A DNA stretch of 61,771 bases, filler included, from Sphacelaria rigidula (taxonomy: Eukaryota), in NCBI GenBank assembly GCA_964200075.2. It is 11 parts of 11 records of this genome, joined end to end, with 100 filler letters (N's around TTAATTAATTAA, not from the genome) between each part and the next. Parts side by side here need not be neighbours in the genome. Positions count along the whole stretch, not along the records: positions 45,000 to 50,523 come from CAXNAA020026633.1; positions 50,624 to 56,147 come from CAXNAA020026634.1; positions 56,248 to 61,771 come from CAXNAA020026635.1; 8 more parts are not named here. One strand, 5' to 3'. Position 1 is the first letter of the stretch. Every line of letters starts with the position of its first letter. The notes under the pieces are model-generated. The model made no database searches, was not told the origin of the DNA, and saw only the letters and a program-made list of their open reading frames with translations. A program made the translations under genes and the position numbers. Positions 46,652-59,473 of this stretch are shown here, piece after piece.

Positions 46652-49600
46652 GACCTTCCCATGAACTCCTACCAGGGATATCTGTGTTTCCTCGGCAGGG
46701 ACAGTCAGTTCCCCAACATGGCGGCAGGGTGAGAGGCGATCACAACCATGGTCATAATCCATTTGGCATACGGACCCTCCGAACCCTAGGAGGAAGCAAA
46801 TACACTGAAAGGAACGGAACGAACGCCGGACACTAGTACCTCCGAATGTCAATTACCCCGAAGCAAATATTACTTAATCACTCCAATCGTGCATTATCCG
46901 CAAAATGTTTTTACTTACCCACTCTCCGTCCCCCCCGCCCCCTGCGGGTGTACTCATGACTATGGCATGCATGATCATGAGTATACCCCGCCCCCTGCTA
47001 GAAGGAAGAAGGAGATACACCAGGTTTCGAAAGAAGGAGGAAGTAGATGGACATAATTGCCCCTGTAGCAAAGGAATCTAGAGCAGAAGTCATGGAGTGG
47101 GAGAATGTGAACTGTACAAGGAGGAATGACACGTACCAGAGGGGGAAATGCGGGACGTGAACGAAGGTGGCATGAAATCGTTTAGTGCGTTAGACAGTAG
47201 GGAGGAAACGATGGCTTATACTAGGAGATAAATGGTGGCCACAGACGGCGAAACAGGACGGGGATAAGATATGTAGAAGGTTTTGTGTAATTTACACAGG
47301 CTGGTTCACGTTAATTACCCCAAAAATACTCATCGGCAAAACCTCACGCCGTTTCAAGGAGTTAGACCCTGAAATTTCGCACGAACGTTCTATGGGTAAT
47401 TACGCAACTTTCGAAGGTGTTCTTTTTTTTTTACTTATTGACTTTTTCACCGTTCTCCGTGGATCTCAGTTTTTTTGGGGAAACCTCGACCCAATCGGAC
47501 CCCCATAAAACGGTGACAAAAAATAATCAAAACCCCCCGTTCATCCAAAGTTGCGTAATTACCCAAAGCACAGTTGTACAAAATTTCCAGTCATTTTCAA
47601 ATCACAATGATGCCGATTCACAAAAACAAAAATCGTCAATGGGTTCCCAAAGGGTTGAAATACCTTCACACGTCGGATAGTTCGTGAGCTAGCTCACGTG
47701 CGGTCACTTGCGGTCACTTGCCGCCAAACATGTACATGTGAGCTACACCCGATAGCTCACCCAGGGTAAACGTGCGCTGATGAGCTACGCGTTGGTAGCT
47801 CACTCAGGGCACACATGCGTACATCATGTATCTGTCATAAATCACCCAGGGCAAACATGCGTAGCTCACGTAGCTCTCTCATAGCTCACCCTGGGCAAAC
47901 ATGCGTAGCTCCTGTAGCTCCCATAGCTCAGTAGGGAGCTACGTTCAAGAGGGGCTAGCTGGAGCTACAGGAGGGAGCTGATCTGTCCGACATATGGGGT
48001 TTTTCCAATTTCGCCTTCCGGTCTTACGCGAATAATTGTAAATCAAGGGTTGAAGCCATATAAGGGCAAGAATGGCGCGGGCGTATCGGATCGGGAATTT
48101 GTTTCCGCCGCACTTTTTCTGTCGATATTTTTGTTATGAGACACCCTAGTCCCCAGCCACTAGAGCTTGCCTGAAAGAATGCCTGAACTACCGTTTCTTG
48201 AAGTATAGTGCAGTACAGCACAGTGCAATGCAGAACACTACGGCGCACCACATTGCGGTACGGCACAGCAGTACATACAGCACAATGGTAGTTTTCCAAA
48301 CAAGGAAGAGACAAGCCGCACGGCAACGATTTTGCAGCATGTCGCACCGACAACGGAACGACAGCGCAGCATTGCCACTGTCCAGCACGAGTGGTGGACT
48401 ACGCATCGTGCACATCGTCTTCTCCTTGCCGAACATGCACAAGACTGGCGATAGTGCGGAGCTCTACCGAATGCAACCCTTTGTGCGCACCAAACGTTTC
48501 AATTTTACCCAGCACAAGAGAGCGAATGGTGGTACCGTGGTGGGGGCAGGGAGGTCGCCTGCTGCGATGTCAGACATTACTACTTCGTTACTGGTGGCTG
48601 CGTCCGGTAGCTCATCCAGGGCAAACGTGCGTGGCCCACGTTGCTCTCATAGCTCACCCAGGGCAGACATGCGTAGCTCATGCAGCTCTCATAGCTCACC
48701 CAGGGCAAACGTGCGTAGCCCATGTAACTCCCATAGCTCTGTAGGGTACGCTAAAGAAGAGCTAGCTCGAGCTATAGGGAGCTGATCTAGCCAACGTGTG
48801 AATACCTCGGGTTCAGTCAGCCTATACTTTGACACCGGCTGGATCATGACCGAGGTCAGTTAGTGTGCGACAATCGATCAATCAGCCGAAACAATCTAAT
48901 CCGCAGGTACAGTCATCATTGCTGCAGATGATATGCTAGCCCAATGGCATACACGCATATTCGCCGGCGCGCCCGCGCCTCCATGGCCTAGCTAGTACAG
49001 CAATAGCTAGTACAGCAATAGCTGGTACACCGATAGCTAGCACAGCGATAGCTAGCACAGCGATAGCCAGTGAGAGTCGAAGTCTGCGAGTTTGTTTTCC
49101 CAACATGTAATGTTTTACCGAGAAAGAAGTGGTGTCTGCAGTTGAAAGCCTGAGGACGAGGTAACTATCATGGTAAATAAAATTCGACGAGAGTTGGCGG
49201 GGGTACCGAAGTGCTGGCAGTCATGATCCAATCCTCGACTGACCAAAATGTTGGGCATTTACCGGGGAGTCGTGGAGGTGGGTGGGTGAGGGGTACTAAT
49301 ATGTTGCTTGCCTTAGTTACTTGACAATTGACCACGCATCCCTTTCGAGACGGAGCAACCGAGGAGAGATGGGCTTGGTCTCTTGCGACTGTTGAATTGT
49401 CCCGAGGAAGGGGAGGGGAGTATTATTGAAAGTATGGCGAACAAAAAAAACACAAGAGAGCATCATATGATGAACTGAGTTCTGCTTGAAAATGCCGAGA
49501 TCTATGCTAGGCCCAATCTGGGGCTGCGATGCTACCGCTTTATTCCGGAAAGAAGGGTAGCGTGGGTGATTTGAGCCAAAAATACAGGTGGTTTTGCTGT

Positions 49601-50037
49601 GATTCGCACCGAGAGGTGAGAAGATCATTTTTCCAATCCCATGAGAAAATATTTCCGTTCTTCACACCAAATTCATGTCTTTCGTACCGTACGGTTGATG
49701 AATCGATCGATGGACCGAGCATGGATTTTGCGGGGTTACCGATAAATATATGTATATATATATTTTTTTCAATGCCATTTAATTTCTCTTCTTTTTTTTC
49801 GTTTAAACTCATATTTTTTCGCCCGTGGCTTCTTTTTTCTTGTTTTGTTTGTAATAATTTTGAAATGTTTCCCTCGTCGTGTTTTTTCTTGTTGTTGTTG
49901 TTTTGCAAATTGGGCAGGAAGCAGCACCAAAGTCTACCGCCAGACCACTGCGGCATGGCTCCGTTTTTCGTGTCTATGTACCTGTGCTTCAATCTGGCCT
50001 ACAACGTTGTGCTCATAGTCATTCTCAAGTACGGAAG
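46652..50037 (+). CDS. CRT-like (chloroquine-resistance-transporter family) membrane transporter, internal exons 46652-46728 and 49918-50037
   Basis: Phase-compatible AG/GT exons give DLPMNSYQGYLCFLG…DHCGMAPFFVSMYLCFNLAYNVVLIVILKYG, matching the G..CF…C..AP…Y..FN..YN…K family signature. Confidence 0.8.
46996..47292 (+). mobile_element. LINE A fragment (CCHC region), preceded by a C-tract and a palindromic repeat-B tail at 46945-46985
   Basis: Homologous to 52800-53095; includes CTAGGAGATAAATGGTGGCCACAGACGGCGAA. Confidence 0.85.
47690..47985 (+). repeat. ~40-bp minisatellite-like element (ATAGCTCACCCAGGGCAAACATGCGTAGCTC); second cluster 48608-48790
   Basis: Unit repeated in two intronic clusters that share the same end GGGAGCTGATCT. 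Confidence 0.85.
48989..49068. repeat. 15-bp tandem repeat (TAGCTAGTACAGCAA)
   Basis: About five degenerate units. Confidence 0.9.
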
Positions 50038-51019
50038 GTGGGTCTCGCCAAAGACAAAAAAATCGGTTCTCAAGCATGGGAAACACATGTTTATATACAC
50101 ACATGTGTGTTTATTCGAGAAAAGTGAAATAGGGTAATATTAGATGTTATTTCGATTACCGATTCTTTATTGTTTAGCGGTATTTTGTGCACCCGTTGCC
50201 TCGAGTCATTGGTTCAGAACCATGTGTGCATGCTGTTTAGAGATACAAAAGTAATGGTCTAATGTGATGCCAAGAGAACGCCGCAAGCTTTCCTCGAGGG
50301 AAAAATAGTGGGGAACTCGTTACCGTTTTTTCTTCTTCTCACAAGACAGTGAGTACACTAACCTGATGTACAGGTACAACAAGTTTTCGTGTTTACCTAC
50401 TTCGGTGTGTTGAGTGATTTCCAGAGTATAACGCCGCAAAATAAAGGTACCTACCCCGCCGCATAGCGAGCCTGGTCCGGCGAAAACCCGGCGTGCTCCG
50501 TCCCGGCTTTGTAGGGATGCGAGNNNNNNNNNNNNNNNNNNNNNNNNNNNNNNNNNNNNNNNNNNNNTTAATTAATTAANNNNNNNNNNNNNNNNNNNNN
50601 NNNNNNNNNNNNNNNNNNNNNNNGGGATGCGTGGTCAATGGTCGCACGACTAAGGCAAGCAACAAATGAGAACGCCCCCCTCCGTGAGACAGCGAAATAG
50701 GACGTGCACTTTTTACACGCCATGTGCATTTTTGGTGAGCTCTCGAGCTCATGTATCCCTCATCTTCCAGGATACACAATGGGATCGTGAGTGTGTGTTG
50801 TCAACCCATGTATTCTGGACGCCAGTCTACACCTTTCGGTGCATGTGGACTCATCAGCCGTGGTCACACGGGAGGAAGGCCAACGCAGGATTTCACCTTC
50901 CTTCTCCAGTGCTTGCCTTGTTTTTTTTTTTATCGCGAGAGGGGTTCAGCAGTCCCATTCCCTCGTCGACCGTGAAGTCGAATTTTGTGTACTCAGGCCC
51001 ATGATCGCTCTCCACTGTC

Positions 51020-51102
51020 GGGCAGGGTATGAGAAATTCGAACCCACGACCCAGCCTTCAGTAGGTTTCGACGTCACCACCTGAGCCACCCAGGCGACCG
51101 GC
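51020..51102 (-). mobile_element. tRNA-derived SINE head
   Basis: A box TGGCTCAGGTGG and B box GGTTCGAAT; same CCGGTCGCC start as 33751-33842. Confidence 0.7.
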
Positions 51103-51816
51103 CCTTGGATATGGCCCATGTATTCATGTGCTTTTACCGCAAGCTATACTCGTACCGTACAGTACTGCACAATGGTATGATTTCATTCGCTTCCTTCCCC
51201 CATTGATCCTGTATGGTAGTAAATATCCAGAGACGAGCAGAAGGCGTACACGTTGTAGTGACGATGTGTTGACACCTGCCCGAGATAATCATACACTGGT
51301 CAACGAGCAAATTGGGCGAATTTTGTAATTTCGGAACTGGGCCACTCATTGCGTGCCACCGCTCATCACATATAATGTTCGATCCCAAAGAGTGGAGATG
51401 GGGAGATACTAGCATCTGCTTCATATTCCGAAGATAAAATCATTTCTCCATTCCATGTTGAACTACTTACGGGGTGACCGGTTCTCGGGGGTCCTGGGAC
51501 TACACAGCCCCGGGTTCCGACTCTTCGGTTCTTTTCACTTGTTGGACCAATCCCGCTCGTTATCTTGATCCAATAATAGAAATAAAATCCAAAAATTCTA
51601 CCTATTCAGTTCGCCAGAGCCGAAAAACCGTGGTTTGTTTACCAATGACGGTCAATAAGACCCTCCTGATAAACGACGTATTTATCCCATATCGTCCCCA
51701 CAACACCAAGTTGTGGATTGTGTCCTGAGCACGACCTGTTTATTTTCCCAATATCTGTCGACTCTAGTATTTTTTAGCGCGAAGGAAGAATAATTTTCGA
51801 GAAAATCGTATAAATA

Positions 51817-52057
51817 CCAAGGGTCTACACGTTACACTCGTTACGTTCACGTTTCACGTCAAAAGTCGTCGAAAGTTAACCAGGCTAGTATTACGGTGGG
51901 AGACGGGGACCACGTGGGGAGCCTCGATTTGAGTTGGTTTTTTAACAGGGCTTCCCACGTCTTGCCGGTCCCCCACCGCAGCACTACCCTGGCTTAACTT
52001 TTGACGTGAAACGTGAAACGACATGACACGTGACGAGTGTAACGTGTAGACCCTTGG
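51817..52057. mobile_element. Foldback MITE (hAT-like CAAGGG ends)
   Basis: Perfect 24-bp TIR CCAAGGGTCTACACGTTACACTCG with imperfect arms extending ~100 bp; TSD unclear. Confidence 0.85.
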
Positions 52058-52153
52058 GAAATAGTCACAAAATTCGCCCAGTTTTGCCCTACTATGCAGT
52101 ATTTTGCTTGTCAACATCACCGACCCGGGGAGACGGGGGGGGGGGGGCGGGGG

Positions 52154-52400
52154 GTACTCATGATCATGCATGCCATAGTCAGAAGACCGTTGACCTCGCA
52201 TCCTTACGAAGCCGTGACGGAGCACGCCGGGTTTTCACCGGAGCACGCTCGCAATCAATCACCAAGGGCGGGGTGCTGTGACGTTTTCGGCGAGTCGCAT
52301 GAAGGGTGAGCTGCCTTGTGCTAAGATTGTTCGGCTCGAAGCCCACCAAGTATCTTGCATGTAGATGACAGCCTACAATACGTTACTTCATTTTCCCGTA
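52154..52400 (-). mobile_element. Repeat B 3' part ending ATGATCATGAGTAC, followed by a C-tract
   Basis: Homologous to 38894-39170, 50470-50523 and 3860-3925. Confidence 0.8.
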
Positions 52401-52671
52401 TCGCCAATCCCAGAGATGGCCACGGGTTACGGGCTGCATCATGGTTGTCTTACCATTTGAGCACTACGTGGTACGATCATCCCCTTGCGCGGAGTTTGAG
52501 GTTCTCCATTTCGCACAAAATGATCTAGCTCGAACACCATCATGATTACCGCAACAAAAACACGAGCCAAAAACGAACGGTAACCTCGTTGGTTACCTGG
52601 CTTACGCAGCGGGTGACATGTTTTACAGTGTCGTTGCCAACCGATGCCAAGGGGGGGCGATGAAGGGGGCG

Positions 52672-53747
52672 CACTCATTTGTTGCTTGCCTTAGTCGTTT
52701 GACCATGGGCCACGCATTCTTTTCGAGACGGAGCACCGTTCCTACTCCTAATAGAGACACCTCCGACTTCTCGGTGCTCATCACGTTTCGTCCATACATA
52801 ACACAAAAACCTCTTACATATCATATCCCCATTCTGCTTCGCCGTCTGTGGCCACCGTCGATCTCCTAGTATAGCCATCGTTTTGTCGCTACTGTCTAAT
52901 TCATCGAACAATTTCATGCCACCTTCGCTCACGTCCCGCATTTCCCTCGCGAGCACGTCCCGTTTATCCTTTTATAGCTCATATTCCGCCAATATATATA
53001 TGAGTTCTGTTCTCTATCGCTTTGCCACAGGGACAATTCTGTGCATCTGCCTCGTCCTCCTCTCGACTACTGGTGAGTCTCGTTCTTCTTTCTAGCAAGT
53101 CCAGGTCCCCCACCCGAAATCGCAGGTTCAATTGTTTCGCCGCGTCCACTGGGCCATGCACATATGTTTTCACCACGATCCCCTTTCTCAACCACCCGTA
53201 CATGTTCAGGTACTCTTCCTCGTCTACTTCGAGTCTGAGTGCTTCTTTTTCCCTCCTTTGTATCATGTCTCTTACATTCGTCTTTTATGCCCCTCGCCTT
53301 CACCTATGAACAGTATTTTATCTCAGGTTCCTCCTATATCCTTCCATACTTTCTCGACTTCTCTATCCCACTTTATTCCAGCCCGCCCTTGCTTCATTTT
53401 CTTCCATATAGCCTTATCAACTTTAGCTGGCCATTTTTTTCTCTGCATGTTTTTCATGCTACATTGTCATCGCAATTTTTTCATGTATCTTTTTGCTTAA
53501 CTGTAAGGGGGTACATTCACAACTCCGCTCTCAATACTGTCTTACTCGTCGTTCTCGAGCATCCGAGTATTTTCTTAGCTGCTGCCCTCTGTACTGTCTC
53601 CAACCTCTCCACCAACTTCACGTTCCCCTCCAATACTTCCCCTGCATATTCCAGCTTTGGTACAATCACGTTCATCAGGATACATCTTTTCATGGTGTGT
53701 CTAGGTGCAAGTCTCTGAGGATCACGCCCATCCTGTTTATCTGTGTA
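52672..53747 (-). mobile_element. 5'-truncated LINE A: RT thumb region plus CCHC finger, degenerate
   Basis: KRCILMNVIVPKLEYAGEV…LETVQRAAAKKILGC; LRFRVGDL…CPCGKAIENRTH; ILGDRRWP. 10-bp TSD-like G(A/G)AGGGGGCG at 52662-71 and 53748-57. Confidence 0.92.
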
Positions 53748-54581
53748 GGAGGGGGCGAGTGTAGTCCCGTACAATGCGATGGTACAGCACAGTACAGTAG
53801 AGCAAACGGCTTCCCACGCGTTTTGAGGACTTTAGCGTGACTTTTTCCAATAACCTGCGCTTGGAAGATTTCACCCCAACTCTGAAAAATTGGATCCGAA
53901 CTCTTGCCCGCGGATACACCGATATTATGCAAACGGGAAACGAGGTGAGGGAACAGGAGAGGGGAGGGGAATCGCACACCCTGGACAAAAGAATGACACT
54001 GTCAAAAGGTGTACTGTGTACGGTAATCGCTATTGCGCCCATTGCAGCAGACAACGGATTCCACATTGTACGCAGTACGTATTTTTACAATAGAATCTGT
54101 TGTCCAGGGTGTGGTCCGTAATATCAAATCGTATAGAGGGAAGTACACCTGAACAAGGCATGAAACGAAGTAGATGGGGGGTGGTACTCATGATATTGCA
54201 TGTCGTAGTCGTATGACCATTGATTTCTCAATATAAGTAGATGGGGGCGGCGGATGAACTCATTCGTCGCTTGCCTTAGTCGATGTCCAAATGACTCAGG
54301 CAAGCAACGAACGAGTACCCCCTTCCCCATCTACGCATGCGAGGTTAATGGGGGGGGGGGGGGAGGGGGCAGGCAGTACAAAAAGTCTAAGAACGATTAT
54401 TAGGGTGTTTTATCGTGTGTATACCTTTCCATGGCATAGCTATCTAGTGTCTACACAGCAGCATACCCTATGCGTGTGCTATTGACCAGCACTACAAGCA
54501 TCTACAAGCTGTTTGCATACTCTTGTCTCTATTTCCCCCCCCAAAAAACGACGTTTTTTCATCAACCTTATCGCGTGTTAC

Positions 54582-55610
54582 CTGACGATCTTGGTATGCG
54601 TCCGCCAAACTCTTCCCATCTCCAAGTTTCGCCGAGGACGTTGTCAAGTCCAGGATCCAATCCGCGGGGTTGGTCTGGGGCGGCAACTCCAGTCCTGCAC
54701 AACAGCAGAAAAAAACGAGCAAGACCAATCTAGTGTAAACAAATTACAACATGAAGATTCCCACGCATATCTAGGCGACGTGTTAACATAAGACACGACA
54801 GTAATGCGAACTACGGTATATGAAAGTACTCAACACAATAATCATTATGTGGATACCATCATACCACCAAAAAGGGGAGAAATCCCGCGTGTGCCCATCG
54901 AGGAAAACCTCTTTTGAAAAAATAGTACGGTACAAGGTTGAAATTGCCAAAATCCTCGCCCGCCCGCGCACCCCCAAACAAACGTGATAAAAAGCTGAGG
55001 AAAGGGGAGGGAAAACATCGCAGCACAAGGTTCTCACAGTATTAATTAAAAAACTTAGAACAGTGTGCCAAAAAAGTCGAGAGACAAGAAAAAACGAGCC
55101 GTACAAAAATAAAAAAAACACCAAAAAGCTGGAAAGAAATATAAATACAAGCATAAATATAAGTACACATATAAATATAAACATACACGTGAACATAAGC
55201 ATAAACATACACATAATCACAAACATAAGCACAAATATAAATACAAATAAAGATACGAATACAAATGTAACATATGTATATTGCCGCTTTATTCTCGTTT
55301 ATCTTCTTCCTGTTCTTTTTTCACAAGACAACAAACTTCACAATAACAGTATCCTCGTACTGTTTACCGTAGACACACGCACACACACACGCACACACAC
55401 ACACGCACACACGCGCACCAATGGAACCAAAGTACTTGACGACCGAGCTTCGTCTGCCGTAATACACCGTTTTGCCCTTATCCAACAGCAATAGCTTGTC
55501 GAACACGCTGAAGATGTTGGACCGAGGCTGGTGGATGGAGCACACGACGATCATGCCCTTCTTTCCAAGCGTGCTCAGCAGCGTGATGATGCTCAGGGCC
55601 GTGCTGGAAT
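54582..55610 (-). CDS. ABCG (White-like) transporter, internal exons 55610-55419 and 54694-54582
   Basis: DSSTALSII…VVCSIHQPRSNIFSVFDKLLLLDKGKTVYYG…YF..IG…P..NPADWILDL; AG/GT boundaries with compatible phase. Confidence 0.93.
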
Positions 55611-56477
55611 CTGTAGGACACCATGTTTTGGGGTGGCGGCTGGTTTACTTAACGGGGGGGGACGGGGTTCTAGTCTTGTACTCCATGCAAGAATCAGGGG
55701 GGCGCATTTTGAATTTTCGGCGGCATTTTTCGCGAGATAAGACGGGAGGACAGATAGGTGCCGCCTCGGAACGACTTGCACTCCTATCTCACAACATCCT
55801 ATCTCACAACGTCGCGGCACAAGCGGGAGGCTGTTCACGAAAAGTGAATTGGATCGAAAAAACACACAAGCGCACACGGCATGAGGACCCAACTACAGGA
55901 AACGCGGGGTTAAGGACCAAAGTAGCAGTGACAGTCTTGCAGAAAGACGGGGGGGGGAAGCACGACAGGCACCTGCTACAGCCTGAGACAAGACGCCACA
56001 CAATAAATAAGGTCGTGGAAGCAGGTTGCGGCTCAGATTTTCAGGAGATTGGATTATTTTTTCCAGGAGCAAAGAGCTTCTTCCTTAGAAAAAGAAGACG
56101 CATGCTACGGTGACTTCGTCACTTCCACCCCCCCCCCCCCCTCGACANNNNNNNNNNNNNNNNNNNNNNNNNNNNNNNNNNNNNNNNNNNNTTAATTAAT
56201 TAANNNNNNNNNNNNNNNNNNNNNNNNNNNNNNNNNNNNNNNNNNNNCGTGTAGGTGACAGCTTTCATTGAAGCCACCGCTTCACCAGCGGGGCGCATTA
56301 CTCCTCGAACTGTGGCGATGTCAAAATCGACGGGAAAGTCAAATGTTTCGGGTCTCACTCTGAATCCGATATTACACTCTGAATCTCACGAATATAGTGT
56401 TCCCCGTGTTATTCAACGAGCGTCCTCGCTTTTTTTAGGGTTCAACGGCGCCGTTCAGGAACCACGAGTTTCTTGAG

Positions 56478-57900
56478 TATACAGCGGATCCCGAAAAATG
56501 AGGTTCATCTCAAAAATGGGCCTGAAGTGGTGTTTCTTTCTCGTAGGGAGAATACGAAACAGTAGCACAGAGCGAAAGTATCTTCCCCCCCAAATGACCG
56601 CAGCAGTTGAGCAGCTGTGGCTAGGTGCACCCAACGAATGCGGTGTACATGCGTGTCGATGACGATACCACCAGAGAGGAAGCTCCTCGCCCGTGTCCTT
56701 TGCGTGTCCTCGCTCGGCGATTACCAATATCGCTCGAGAGACTGGCATCATCGATGTTACCAGCATGTACCAAATTTCCATGTTGTGCCAGAACACCGAG
56801 CTGCGGAGAGATGTCTCTTCTTCTTGCTTGCTTGATGCGACGATCAATCATCTCTTCCTCTCTTTTTGGGCAAGACGAGCGCCTGTGCGCTGCAAAACAT
56901 ATCGTTGAAAAACAGGGCAATGTTCCCGTCACCGCTACTACTGTTTTCTGTCACACACATGCCAGCAAGGACGGTGCTGCGGCAATAACAGAAAGATCCA
57001 ATTTGAACTTAGGGCGTGTTATTTGTCGTTGGTTTTCCCCGACCTCCCCCTAACTGGGTGCCCGAGCAGAAGAGCGTGCCACACGCTAGTCGAGGGGGGT
57101 ATATGAGAGATCAAACACTTATAGAGACCTTCTTGACATGCGGAGTGAAAAAAGACACGTATGGTGGTGACCTAACTGTTGCTAGGGGTCCGCTCATGCC
57201 GCAATCTGCAGCACACGCTGGCCGTGTAAACACCTAAATAATAGGTACAACAGTAAGAGTAGCTTCCCATAATTAATAAGTAAGTGTTCCGATGTCAGGA
57301 GGTCATGCATTATTACAAGTTGGGAGGAGAGACGAGAGTGCTCTACGATCAACCGCATGTCGTTGCATTCGAGACCCACGCCATCAACCGCCGACAGCAA
57401 GGGTCTTGTGGCTTTCACGCGACGCTGTCAGCAGTACGGCAGGCAAACCGGATCATAGCTACCTTTCGTTGCTGTACCGCACGTACTCCCGTCTGCTCAG
57501 AGGTGGTCACAGTAACAACATGCACCGAAGTCACAACACCTGTGAAAGCTAGAGAATTTGATTTTTATGAACTGCATCCACACAATTGAAACGACTCTCA
57601 AAACCTGAGGGAAGGTGGTCGTTTCGGGTCCAGTTAAACATCCAAAGATACCATCGAAGAGCAGTACCAAACGTTTCTGGGATTGTCATCAGGCAGTCCT
57701 TGAAGAACGGAACAGAAATCGACAAGTTACCGTTCGTATTAGAAAACAACGCGCATGAAACGCTTTGCAGGTTGGGAAAGAGGGATTTCGATGGAAAAAA
57801 ACTCTCCGGGCCCCCATTTATGTTGTATGTGCCTGTAAAAAGTATTCCTCGTTTATCAATATTACCTGGCTGGGGTACAGGGAAGCCGTCCTCCCTCAGG
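56478..57900 (+). repeat. Repeat R1, full-length copy
   Basis: TATACAGCGGATCC … CCTCCCTCAGG; collinear with the other copies. Confidence 0.92.
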
Positions 57901-58926
57901 TTTTGAGAGTCGTTTCAATTTCGATGATCGGCTCTCAAAAAGATCCATCCTCAATTTCGATGATCGGCTGTTTTAGGATGAAGACCCTTTCAGCCACGTA
58001 CAAGCGTCGCAAGTTCATCCTCAATAACAATCGCGAACTGATACATTGAAATCCTCGCATAAAATAGCCTTGCATATTCATTCCAAAATCTGTAGTATCA
58101 TTTATGAGTGGTTCTACGTTAGGGGTGCACAGTTTTGTTTGAGGCTTTGCACTTTGAGAGTACCCCGATGACTAACATCTGGGTCTTATCGTGCAGCCCC
58201 GAAATCATTTTGTGCTACAAAGTGCACCCGTGCCGGAGAATTGTTCTCATCCAATATCGCCTGGATCCGACTGAGAAACACCATGTTGTCTTTAATGCAT
58301 ATTTTGTATTCCGGCCGACCTTCTTGAATTTCGATGAAAACCTCATGGCGTATGAAGATCCCGAATTCAATTTGAATTAATTCACTCCAAAACAAAATAA
58401 TCAGGTGTGCCATAACTCAGAGAAATGAATCCAGTTCTCATGATACAGTTACGGTAAAACTCAAATGACTCCGTCGGCCACACATTTTTCAATAAGTTGG
58501 CATGCTCAAACCCCGACGTTACGTGGAAAATCGAAATCTCGTTCGTATTCACAACCTCTCTTACAAAATGATACACCAAGTCATTATGCTTGAGGTGGAG
58601 TTTGCGATGGGATTTCGTTTAAGCTGAATAGCTCCCTGGTTGTCTTCGAGCACTGGTGTGCACGTTGCTTGAACCTGCGGCAGCATAAAATGCCACAATT
58701 GTCTCAAAAACAACAATACCTCCTTCACTACGTCAGTCATGGCATCGTACTCTGCCTCTGTGGTAGAAACATTTGCACACTTCTGTGTTCTCGGAAACCT
58801 AGACACACATCCACCTCCGCACATTTCTAGCCCCCCTGATGCCGGCCATCTGTCGGCTGCCGTACTCGCGTAGTAAGCATCGGTAAACACCTGAAAAATG
58901 AGCGCCTGCAAACTAATTTTACGAAA

Positions 58927-59168
58927 GAGTCTTTCTACCGTACCCCCCCCCCCAAAAAACCAGCCGGAAATTGTCAAGAAGAAAATAATCATACAGCGCC
59001 TGATGATTGGTTTCAGGCTCCATGAAGTGCCTCATATGGGCGACACCGGCGAAAACGAACCAACCCAAGCGTGCAAATTCTCAGCTGCTCATTGTGCTCG
59101 GCTTCTTTCATTGCGATATACGTGTGAATTTTGCCTCCCCACACCAGCTACGTTTTTGGGAAAGACTC
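58927..59168. mobile_element. MITE with GAG…CTC ends and 4-bp TSD GAAA (Sola-type)
   Basis: GAAA|GAGTCTTTC … GAAAGACTC|GAAA; removal restores copia GVTFRKISLQALIFQVFTDAYY. Confidence 0.85.
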
Positions 59169-59257
59169 GAAAAGTGACGCCCAGCGAACTCGTTCGCCTC
59201 ACATACCCCAAAATACCAAGTGCACCCCGCCATTGAATGCGTTTAGGTGAAGCACAG

Positions 59258-59473
59258 TGTAATGCGTGAGAGGACCGCACCTTAGAGGACCGCGCCGTAG
59301 TTTAAGATACGTCAGGATCGACGTTTTCCAAAACCAATCGGGTCAGTCCCTGCAGGTATCACGCCCCTGACCCTAACCCCAACCCTAAGCCTAAGCCTAA
59401 CCCTAACCCTAGCCACAGGGGTGTTTAAATTCCGATGCGGTCCTTTAAGCATGCGGTCCTCTCACGCATTACA
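59258..59473. mobile_element. Non-autonomous TIR element with TGT…ACA ends, 4-bp TSD (ACAG/ATAG) and internal (CCCTAA)n-like repeats
   Basis: ~36-bp TIR TGTAATGCGTGAGAGGACCGCA…; removal restores copia VARYCASPKRIQW. Confidence 0.88.

Noticed and set aside
47690..49068. CRISPR-like repeats
   Set aside because: Contiguous degenerate minisatellite units without spacers, located within an intron.
52454..53910. Further ABCG exons at ~53819-53902 and 52454-52523
   Set aside because: Phases can be made to fit, but there is no conserved motif to support them.
57892..57912. R1 as a copia LTR followed by a GGTTATG-type PBS
   Set aside because: The GGTTTTGAGAG stretch is an exact inverted copy of internal R1 sequence, and other copies lack it.
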